From NCBI GenBank assembly GCA_020635195.1, contig JACKAG010000006.1:4010-68009 (forward strand): a DNA stretch of 64,000 nucleotides, read 5' to 3'. Shown here one piece after another: positions 10,075-17,596 of this stretch. The position numbers and the translations under genes are program-made. Under the pieces are notes generated by a model that had not been told where the DNA came from, did not search any database, and saw only the letters and a list, made by a program, of their open reading frames with translations. Source of the DNA: Deltaproteobacteria bacterium (lineage in GTDB: Bacteria; Bdellovibrionota_B; Oligoflexia; Oligoflexales; Bog-1112). Each line of letters begins with the position of its first letter. The first letter of the stretch is position 1.

Positions 10075-10945
10075 CTTTTATACTCCCGTTTTTGGCTGCG
10101 GACATCAGCTGCTGCATTTCCTGCTTATTTCCTACCACCAGTCGTGTCACTTTTAAGGCATAGGGGTTTTGTTTGGTCGGATACACGTCTTTTGCCAGAA
10201 GAAAATAAGTTTTTTCTTCTGTTTTATAGGGCTGGTTGTGACCAATATAAATCGTAGATCTTCCTGAAACCAGAGCGCAGGCTCTTGCAATCGCTCCACA
10301 CCAGGTAAATTCTCCTGCAATTTTTTTTGCTTTCTTTTCGTAACCATTATGATCTGAATAGTCCCATTTCCATATGGAAACCATACTTTTTTCTCTGGCG
10401 ATCCTGAAACGGTCAGAGGAGATCAGATCGGCCTTACTTTTAGTTTCCAGAAGATGGCTATAAAAATCATGAAAGATCTGATGATAACTGTCTTCCATAT
10501 TTTCGTAGGTCCAGCTTTCCAGATGGCTGATCACATGGGTTGTCAACCCTTTGACATAATCATCTGAAACCATCGAGCCTCTTTCGATTTCTTCTCTGGC
10601 AGTCACTGCCGGAGTCAGAATAACTCGTGCAGTGGTCAGAGCTTTTTCCAGCTTCATGTCGAGTGTCATATAATTCTCAGCAATCCTGCTACTGTTGTAG
10701 TGGCTGTACGCCAGGAGGACAACGAGAATAATATTTAGTGAAAACGAGATATTTCGGTCTACATAGAGTTTTTTAATCCGGTCTGTATATTTCACTTTCG
10801 TCAGCTCCTGTAAGATTCCTGGGTTGCTCTTATTCCACTCAGATGCGGAAATAAATTCTGCATGAACGGGACCCTCCAGACGAGCTTCAGAAAGGACTGA
10901 TTCAGTGTGATGTGTTTTTGCCGGAGAGCCCGTGTGTTGCTCCAC
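10067..10945 (-). CDS. traE: TraE/VirB8-like bitopic T4SS protein
   Basis: Single N-terminal TM segment (ISFSLNIILVVLLAY) followed by a periplasmic domain, positioned after the traL-like gene. The track start (GTG at 10945) overlaps traL by 145 nt. A GTG at about 10795, just after the traL stop (VKYTDRIKKLY...), is the more likely start. Confidence 0.6.
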   Translation of the reverse strand: MEQHTGSPAKTHHTESVLSEARLEGPVHAEFISASEWNKSNPGILQELTKVKYTDRIKKLYVDRNISFSLNIILVVLLAYSHYNSSRIAENYMTLDMKLEKALTTARVILTPAVTAREEIERGSMVSDDYVKGLTTHVISHLESWTYENMEDSYHQIFHDFYSHLLETKSKADLISSDRFRIAREKSMVSIWKWDYSDHNGYEKKAKKIAGEFTWCGAIARACALVSGRSTIYIGHNQPYKTEEKTYFLLAKDVYPTKQNPYALKVTRLVVGNKQEMQQLMSAAKNGSIKDV

Positions 10946-11118
10946 TGAAAAAAGGAAAAAAGAAGCATCACGAAAACAAAGCCCACCATCACATCAGAGA
11001 CACAGAAAATAAGTGATCCGGCTCCAAGAAGCATCTGATAGTCTTTAAGACCTGCAAACACGATTTCATGATCGACACAACGCAGGCGAAATCCTTCCTG
11101 CTCTGTATAATCGTACAT
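10801..11118 (-). CDS. traL: TraL-like small membrane protein
   Basis: 105 aa with one hydrophobic segment (LLGAGSLIFCVSDVMVGFVFVMLLF). It occupies the canonical slot between pilin and traE. Confidence 0.5.
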   Translation of the reverse strand: MYDYTEQEGFRLRCVDHEIVFAGLKDYQMLLGAGSLIFCVSDVMVGFVFVMLLFSFFQWSNTRALRQKHITLNQSFLKLVWRVPFMQNLFPHLSGIRATQESYRS

Positions 11119-11138
11119 CTGGATGAATTTCTCCGATA

Positions 11139-11468
11139 TTATCCGCTGATTGAGCTGACGATTTTCAGGGCTCCGGCAGCAAGAAGGCCACCAAGAAAGA
11201 CCATAAGCGCCATAACATACTGAGCCCGGACCAACATAATGGCAGCAAAGAGCAGAAGGCCGACGGCAACCACCATAGGCGCCGTCTCCATAAACCAGTT
11301 AGCGGAGGCCACGACTTCCGTCACATGGCTACTGTTTTTTAAGGTACCGCTTGGTGCACTGATCGTAGCTCGCGTGCTGTCATGGTCGCAAAAAGCAGGA
11401 ACCGCACTGAAGATTGATGCAAGTACTGCCAGGACATAACACAGCCGGATGATGTTTCTTCGCAGCAT
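11139..11468 (-). CDS. TraA/VirB2-type pilin paralog 2
   Basis: I chose the internal ATG at 11468, which is preceded by AAGGAG, over the 167-aa track ORF. The product MLRRNIIRLCYVLAVLASIFSAVPAFC... has a signal peptide plus two hydrophobic helices (WFMETAPMVVAVGLLLFAAIMLVRAQYVMALMVFLGGLLAAGALKI), the typical conjugative-pilin layout. Confidence 0.65.
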   Translation of the reverse strand: MLRRNIIRLCYVLAVLASIFSAVPAFCDHDSTRATISAPSGTLKNSSHVTEVVASANWFMETAPMVVAVGLLLFAAIMLVRAQYVMALMVFLGGLLAAGALKIVSSISG

Positions 11469-11482
11469 TTTCTGACTCCTTA

Positions 11483-11743
11483 TCAGTAGAAAAAAACAGG
11501 TGCTATTTTTGGTGAGAGGCCGACAATCAGACTCACAAAAAATAAGCTTAATGAATGAACGAACTGCCCTCTGCAAATCAGAACTGCCGCTGTCAGAATT
11601 CCGATGACAGATGCGACAGAGCACGCACTTTCGGCAAACCACAGAAGTGAATGCATTGTATCCGTTACATGAGGACCCAGTGATCTCAGAACTTCATCCT
11701 CATCGAGAGCAAAAGAACTCGCAGCAAAAAGCAGGGGCATCAT
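11483..11743 (-). CDS. TraA/VirB2-type pilin paralog 1
   Basis: 86 aa. WFAESACSVASVIGILTAAVLICRGQFVHSLSLFFVSLIVGLSPKI aligns by eye with paralog 2 (WF.E.A ... R.Q[FY]V ... KI). Its start overlaps the traF-like stop (ATGA, 11740-11743). Confidence 0.6.
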   Translation of the reverse strand: MMPLLFAASSFALDEDEVLRSLGPHVTDTMHSLLWFAESACSVASVIGILTAAVLICRGQFVHSLSLFFVSLIVGLSPKIAPVFFY

Positions 11744-12531
11744 AATCTTTCCTTTGTGTCTTTTCTCATTCTGACAAGTTTTAAGGATGCTTCTGTCAGG
11801 CTTTTTTTACTCTGAGCTCCGCTTAATCTGACAACACGATTGTGGAGACGGTCGGCAATCACAACAACAGGCACCACACCATCAGGAGCATAGTCTTTCA
11901 GAGTTTCTGGTGATGCATGCTTCGACTCGGGCAAACCTTTCCAGTGATACAGAGCCGAAGACGTTGCCTGCAACGGAATGACATTGTTAAAATCTCTGAT
12001 CTCTTCTGCTGTTCGCTGACTGGCATGACATTCTGCTCTGAAGATGAAAAAGTAGGTCAGCGATTTCATCACATCTTTGAACAATTTGTTAAGCTGTTCA
12101 TATTCCGGATAGTCGGATGAAACCATATGATAACGGTCTTTCATCTTTCCTTCCCGAACCAGATCCTTCTGAGCCTTCGATGTCAGACTCAATACTTCTT
12201 CTGCGATTTCTGCTTTTTTTTCCATTCTCAGAAGCCAGTTTCTGGCATCTTCCGGCCTTCTGTGTTTCAGGAGCAACAGAAATCCTTCGTCAGGAATGTG
12301 ATTGCCCTCCTTCCAGAAATCGTCTGTGGAAGGGTCCAGAAGCCTCTTCCATCTCTCATCTGCTTTCACTGTCTGTGTATCCACAGAGCTCCGCAATTCT
12401 GGTCGTCCGGACAAGTCTGCGTTGTCAGACGTGTTCCGTCTCGCTGAAACAGCAATCTCTGATATGCTCAGACAGCATAAAATAAAGGCAATTTTGTATT
12501 CCGGACGCATTCGACAGGACCTGTCCTTCAC
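11740..12531 (-). CDS. traF: TraF-like thioredoxin-fold periplasmic protein, first gene of the tra operon
   Basis: Signal peptide IAFILCCLSISEIAVSA. YFFIFRAECHASQRTAEEIRDF...VVPVVVIAD matches the TraF 'FFF.RsdCpyC...' region but has a degenerate CxxC (C-HAS). Confidence 0.5.
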   Translation of the reverse strand: MKDRSCRMRPEYKIAFILCCLSISEIAVSARRNTSDNADLSGRPELRSSVDTQTVKADERWKRLLDPSTDDFWKEGNHIPDEGFLLLLKHRRPEDARNWLLRMEKKAEIAEEVLSLTSKAQKDLVREGKMKDRYHMVSSDYPEYEQLNKLFKDVMKSLTYFFIFRAECHASQRTAEEIRDFNNVIPLQATSSALYHWKGLPESKHASPETLKDYAPDGVVPVVVIADRLHNRVVRLSGAQSKKSLTEASLKLVRMRKDTKERL

Positions 12532-12779
12532 ATGAATGGCACATACTTTTAACGCACAGATCCTGTTCAGATATTTTCTTCAGAGGGAAAAATCCGGCGA
12601 TAAAACAAGCAGAGTTCTGATTTGTTTCTGGATTGACTTGATTATTGACTGATGGCAATCTCGCTTTTGCTCAGGATATTGCTCAGTTCATAATTCAGCT
12701 CAGATCCAACATCAGCATTGATAGACCGCTCAAAAATGAAAGTCAAACGGAATTTTCATCATTTAAATGAGGTTTTTAA
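12532..12779. promoter_or_regulatory. Divergent control region between the tra operon and the XRE regulator, carrying short direct repeats
   Basis: ATTGACT occurs at 12632 and 12644. TTGCTCAG occurs at 12667 and 12679, with a third GCTCAG at about 12698. The region is AT-rich, and genes diverge from both sides. Confidence 0.4.
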
Positions 12780-13262
12780 TTGCCTGATATTAAAGACAAT
12801 AATAAGTCCATCGATGAAGAATCCATTCAGAAAAGGTTCTTCCACTTACTGCAAGTGGTTAAAAAAGAAAAGAACTGGACCAATAAGGATCTGGCCAGAC
12901 ATTTAAATGTGTCGGTTTCTCTTGTGGAAAAATGGAACTCAAACACAGTTTCAACTTTTGTCCGAAACTATTTTAAGAAAATTCATATGCTGGCACACAT
13001 ATCCGGACATTCGACAGCCAGCCTGATGGCAATGCTGGAAGGCACGGACTACCGCAGCACTTCCGGGTCAGATGTGGCCGGGAATTTGTCATCTGTACCC
13101 CCTTCATACCAGCAGCTGATCAGAAAGCTTCTGATACTGGATCAGGATGGGATGAAGATGGCAATGAAGTACATCACGTTTTTTCTGCAATTAGACAAAA
13201 ACGAGCGGGACATCGTGTTGCAGTTTGTTGAGCTGATTCAGAAAGAACCATGCGACTGCTGA
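12780..13262 (+). CDS. XRE-family helix-turn-helix transcriptional regulator
   Basis: WTNKDLARHLNVSVSLVEKWNSN is a typical Cro/C1 HTH. TTG start preceded by GAGG. Divergent from the tra operon. Confidence 0.7.
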   Translation: MPDIKDNNKSIDEESIQKRFFHLLQVVKKEKNWTNKDLARHLNVSVSLVEKWNSNTVSTFVRNYFKKIHMLAHISGHSTASLMAMLEGTDYRSTSGSDVAGNLSSVPPSYQQLIRKLLILDQDGMKMAMKYITFFLQLDKNERDIVLQFVELIQKEPCDC

Positions 13263-13305
13263 CATGGTCCTGTCTCTCTGCAGCAGATCTGTCTCTTTCA
13301 GGCTT

Positions 13306-14166
13306 TCAGTTGTTGTAGGTGTAAACACCCCGGCCAGATTTTCTGCCAAGCCAGCCTGCATCAACATACTGGCGCAATAAAGGACAGGGGCGATATTTCG
13401 GGTCTCCGAAGCCCGTATGCAAAACCTCCATGATCGCAAGGCAGGTATCAAGACCGATAAAATCGGCCAGTGTCAGAGGGCCCATCGGCTGGTTTGTTCC
13501 CAGCTTCATGCCTTTGTCGATATCTTCAGCAGAGGCGACTCCTTCCATCAGAGCAGCAAATGCTTCATTGATCATAGGCATAAGAATCCGGTTGACCACA
13601 AAACCAGGAAAATCCCGGCTCAGAGAGACTTCTTTTCCAAGAGCAGTGACCAGCTCCACCGCACGACTCTGCACTTCAGGAGATGTGGCGATTCCCGGAA
13701 TGATCTCAACCAGACGCATCAGGGGCACCGGGTTCATAAAATGAATACCGATCACGCGATCTGCTCTGTTGGTCACCGAAGCAAGGCGGGTAACAGGCAA
13801 AGAAGAGGTGTTGGTCGCCAGGACAGTCTCCGGAGAGACAGACTGATCCAGCCTGACGAAGAGATCCTTTTTTATCGCTTCATCTTCTATGACCGCCTCT
13901 ATAATCAGATCACAGTCCCGCAGCCTGCTGAGATCGGTCGTATAATCAATCTCAGCTGTGAGTTTCTGCTGTTCTGCTGTCAGATGCCCTTTCTGACAGA
14001 GCCTGGCAGCAGATGCCTGAATGTTTCGTGATGCAGCCTCAAGAACGCCTGAGCTGAGATCTGTCACAGTCACTCGCAGACCACTGCTGGCACAAACCTG
14101 AGCAATACCCGCGCCCATCTGCCCTGCTCCGACAACACCCACCTGGCTGAAACCTGCTATTGCCAT
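13306..14166 (-). CDS. hbd: 3-hydroxybutyryl/3-hydroxyacyl-CoA dehydrogenase
   Basis: N-terminal Rossmann motif VGVVGAGQMGAGIAQV. 286 aa. IGIHFMNPVPLM and FVVNRIL are motifs of the 3HCDH family. Confidence 0.85.
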   Translation of the reverse strand: MAIAGFSQVGVVGAGQMGAGIAQVCASSGLRVTVTDLSSGVLEAASRNIQASAARLCQKGHLTAEQQKLTAEIDYTTDLSRLRDCDLIIEAVIEDEAIKKDLFVRLDQSVSPETVLATNTSSLPVTRLASVTNRADRVIGIHFMNPVPLMRLVEIIPGIATSPEVQSRAVELVTALGKEVSLSRDFPGFVVNRILMPMINEAFAALMEGVASAEDIDKGMKLGTNQPMGPLTLADFIGLDTCLAIMEVLHTGFGDPKYRPCPLLRQYVDAGWLGRKSGRGVYTYNN

Positions 14167-14255
14167 TCAAACCTCCTTTATGTATAGGAGCCTGTTGCCC
14201 GGCCATATAGCAGGGCGGCTTTTAAGACACAACGAGCTATCCGGATATTAGACAG

Positions 14256-15638
14256 ATGATTGCCACAGAATGCAACAAAAGGGAGCTCCCATGGAAAGAG
14301 CCAGCTGAGATCCTCCTGCGCTGGCCTGCCATGACACCGCTTCTTTTTCTTGGCGGAGGAGGGCGTTTCAGTTTTCTGGCCACCTCTTTCTGGCAGCTTT
14401 CCACCCGGGAATTTCTGGCTCAACCATATACCCTTTTGCTGTCGGCTCCCTCGGGTGAAGATCCGTCGCAACCCTGCCCTTGTGGCTACTGGGGTTTGCT
14501 GAGCTTTGACGATTTCAGCCCTTTTTCATCCGGCGCCGGCTGCAAACCCTCTCTTATTTTCAGGGTTTCACAGGCGCTGGTCTTTGATCATATGCACAAG
14601 AAGGTCTGGCTGTCCGCCTTCCGGGACTGCCCTCTTCGCATGCCACCCATGGCTCCGGCGTTTCATATCCTTCCGGATGAAATTGAGGAGATGTTCCAAT
14701 CTTCTGCGTCACAGCTCAGACATGGAAGATACCAGACACTGACACCCATCCCCCGCTGCCTGGATGCACATTATCTGGATATGGTAAGCTCTGTTCTCGA
14801 GGAGATCCGCTGCGGGCGTTACTATCAGATCAATCTGCTACGTTATTTTGATCTGGCAGAGTCACCGCGGAGGGACAGCCTGATCTCTCTGATCTGTCAG
14901 CGCGGGGGGCCATATTCTGCCCTCTGGGATACTCAGACTTTCTGTCTGGCCTCACTCAGCCCGGAATGCTTTATCCGTCTTCAGCCTGAAGCAGGCCGCA
15001 TTCAGGTGATCACATGCCCGATCAAAGGCACGATCCAAAGATCTGCCGATTCAGCAGAGGACAAAGCACTTCGCTCACAGCTGAGGCAGAGCCAGAAGGA
15101 TCAGGCTGAGCTGCATATGATTGTTGATCTGATGCGAAATGATCTCAACAGTATTTCCCGCCCTGGTTCTGTCAGAGTCCTCTCTCCGGGAAAGCTACGG
15201 AGCTTTCCGACAGTACACCATCTGATTGCTGACATTCGCTCGCAGCTCAGCGACGGCCTCAGTATCGGTGAGATTTTCCACAAACTCTGTCCCGCAGGTT
15301 CCATAACCGGAGTGCCAAAGCGGGAAGTTATGGAAGCTATCAGGGCTTATGAAGGATGCCACCGGGGATATTTTATGGGGAATCTCTTCCGCCTCGGAGA
15401 TCAGGGGAGCCTCGATTCTTCTGTTCTGATCCGGACCCTGTGGGGAGAGCGGAGCGGGGATTTTACTCCCTGCCGTTTTTCATGGGCAGCCGGAAGCGGC
15501 CTGACCCTTGGAAGCATTCCGGAATGTGAACTGGAAGAGATCAGGATAAAAACGCGGGTTCTGGAAGAATCTTTCAGGTCATACTGGCTGTCTGACCAGG
15601 GAGACGAAAATGCTCCAGCGTTTCACTCGAACTTTTGA
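14256..15638 (+). CDS. pabB: Chorismate-binding enzyme, aminodeoxychorismate/anthranilate synthase component I-like
   Basis: Motifs CPIKGT, AELHMIVDLMRNDL, CPAGSITGVPK and RGYFMG. 460 aa. Confidence 0.75.
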   Translation: MIATECNKRELPWKEPAEILLRWPAMTPLLFLGGGGRFSFLATSFWQLSTREFLAQPYTLLLSAPSGEDPSQPCPCGYWGLLSFDDFSPFSSGAGCKPSLIFRVSQALVFDHMHKKVWLSAFRDCPLRMPPMAPAFHILPDEIEEMFQSSASQLRHGRYQTLTPIPRCLDAHYLDMVSSVLEEIRCGRYYQINLLRYFDLAESPRRDSLISLICQRGGPYSALWDTQTFCLASLSPECFIRLQPEAGRIQVITCPIKGTIQRSADSAEDKALRSQLRQSQKDQAELHMIVDLMRNDLNSISRPGSVRVLSPGKLRSFPTVHHLIADIRSQLSDGLSIGEIFHKLCPAGSITGVPKREVMEAIRAYEGCHRGYFMGNLFRLGDQGSLDSSVLIRTLWGERSGDFTPCRFSWAAGSGLTLGSIPECELEEIRIKTRVLEESFRSYWLSDQGDENAPAFHSNF

Positions 15639-17394
15639 GCAGAGTCAGATGACGGTTGGCGACCCGCTGGCTAAACTCATCGAGGGAAATGGGCCCCTCT
15701 TTTGTGTTGAGTTGTTCCAGAGCCACCTTAAGACTCATGGTTGAGTGTTTATTTTCTGTTGCTTGTTTTTCGAGTTCCAGAACCAGATGCGTTGTATCCA
15801 GAAGCATTTTTTCACAGTGGTTCAGTTCATGAAACTGCTTTGACAGGAGCTGAGACAACTTATCAGAATAGGCAGTCAGGCGGCTGGTCTCATCATTTAT
15901 ACGTCCACTGAGCTTATCATCCGCCTCCAGCAAAGAAGACAGTTTGTCGAAAAAAACAGAGCTTGTCTTACCCAGTTTTTCGACTTCCCGTAATTTATTC
16001 ACATGAATACTAAACTCATTATCCAGCAGGCTCATTTCAGAGAGGGCGTACTTAGTCGCTGCGACAGCCTTGCGATAACTGTTGCCACAGTCGCTGACAC
16101 TGGTAAACGCATCTTCCATCGCCTCACAGGCTCCGTTCAGCTGGCCACTTGCCCGGCCTGTTTCTTCCTGAATGGTTGTCAGCAACTCTGACACCGACTG
16201 ACTGGCAACACTCGAACGGGAGGTCAGCTTACACAGACGCTCCGCAATTTCTGCAAACTGATAGCCATGGTGCCCCATTTTTGCAGCTTCGATTGAAGCA
16301 TTAAGGGCCTGAAGATTGATCTGATCTGCGAGATCATCAATCATCTGAATCAGATTGACGATTGCTTCAGCCTTCTGAGTCAGGCCACTGACGAGATTTC
16401 CAGCCTGACCGGACTGCTCCTTTGCCTCGGCAATTCTGGTTACCATCAGATTGATGTCCTGAAAGCCTGCTTTTGCCTCTTCCTGAACCTGGCCAAGATA
16501 TCCTGAGATCGTTTTGTATCGGTCATGAAAGACCAGCTCAATACCAAAAATTTCCTGTAGCAAACGGCTTGCGGACTGGTGTACCGAGCGGATATGGCTG
16601 GCTGTATCATGAATTTTATCCTGCCCCTCTTTAACCTGTCTGAGGTTATTGATCATGATATTTCGCTTCCAGTCCAGCTGGGTGGTCGCTGAAAAATTAG
16701 CACTGTCCCGGCACTGGTATGCCAACCGTTGCAGTCTCTTACTGGTTTTCAAAAGGGCTTTATGAACCCCCTGAATCTCATTGCAGATCAGGTTACCAAA
16801 GGCAGCAACATGGACGATTTTGTTATACTGAGCTTCATAGCATTCCAGATCTCCCTGAATATCAGCCAGGCTTCCTTTACCCACAATCCGGGCAAGAGCT
16901 TCTGTTGCTGACTTCAGATCATCAAGAGCTTTACTGAACATTTTGTAATTTTCATTTTCCGGAACCTTCAGATTCTGATCCAGCCGATAGATGGGATCTC
17001 CTTTGATCTCTGAAGGGAGAATCTCCGGAACCTTTCTGTGGGTCCGCTGTCTGAATTTCTGTGACTCTGCGAGTAAAAACCAGGAGCATGCCAGTCCCAC
17101 AGAACATATAAAAAGGGTCAGGAGCCACAGAAACGGTGTACTGATATAAAGACCTGACTCATGGGTCAGGTGGAGAAAATCCATCAGATCTCTGAATTCT
17201 GATGTTTTCAGAACCTGAGCCATCACCGCCAGAGAACGCAGATGAAGCTCTAACTGTTCCCATTCTGTACCATGATTGAAGATACGAAAAAGAAGACGAA
17301 GAGCAATACCTGTGCTGGCTGCAATTGCAAAACCCATTAAAATCTGAATTATCTTTTGGCGACTCATCGTTAACCGGGCCCCATGAAGTGTCAT
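15574..17394 (-). CDS. Methyl-accepting chemotaxis protein with a divergent signalling tip
   Basis: Two N-terminal TM segments and a long coiled-coil. INLQALNASIEAAKMGHHGYQFAEIAERLCKLTSRS corresponds to the conserved MCP hairpin. Its 3' end overlaps the pabB-like 3' end by 65 nt. Confidence 0.75.
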   Translation of the reverse strand: MTLHGARLTMSRQKIIQILMGFAIAASTGIALRLLFRIFNHGTEWEQLELHLRSLAVMAQVLKTSEFRDLMDFLHLTHESGLYISTPFLWLLTLFICSVGLACSWFLLAESQKFRQRTHRKVPEILPSEIKGDPIYRLDQNLKVPENENYKMFSKALDDLKSATEALARIVGKGSLADIQGDLECYEAQYNKIVHVAAFGNLICNEIQGVHKALLKTSKRLQRLAYQCRDSANFSATTQLDWKRNIMINNLRQVKEGQDKIHDTASHIRSVHQSASRLLQEIFGIELVFHDRYKTISGYLGQVQEEAKAGFQDINLMVTRIAEAKEQSGQAGNLVSGLTQKAEAIVNLIQMIDDLADQINLQALNASIEAAKMGHHGYQFAEIAERLCKLTSRSSVASQSVSELLTTIQEETGRASGQLNGACEAMEDAFTSVSDCGNSYRKAVAATKYALSEMSLLDNEFSIHVNKLREVEKLGKTSSVFFDKLSSLLEADDKLSGRINDETSRLTAYSDKLSQLLSKQFHELNHCEKMLLDTTHLVLELEKQATENKHSTMSLKVALEQLNTKEGPISLDEFSQRVANRHLTLLKSSSETLEHFRLPGQTASMT

Positions 17395-17596
17395 TCTCTA
17401 CTGAAATTAAGTCCATAAGACCAATGAAAAGATCAGCGTCTCAGCACTGTTTACATGACAACAGTTGAATTAAGCTATGATCCTACAGACCGCGTCCGTC
17501 TGAAACTACCTGGATCGTAAAAAAGGGTCAAGATCATTGTGTCAGAAATCCCTCGTGAAATGACCAGGTAAGAGCCTCTCCTGCCTTTTCAGCCAT

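Noticed and set aside
11469-11642. N-terminal 58-codon extension of the second pilin ORF (MVCRKCVLCRICHRNSDS...)
   Set aside because: It overlaps the first pilin gene out of frame. An internal ATG at 11468 with an AAGGAG RBS gives a canonical signal peptide. The Cys-rich extension looks like an artefact of taking the longest ORF.
13417-14031. 204-aa plus-strand ORF (and 13430-13744)
   Set aside because: Antisense to hbd, whose Rossmann and 3HCDH motifs are unambiguous. The products are Arg/His/Ser-rich nonsense.
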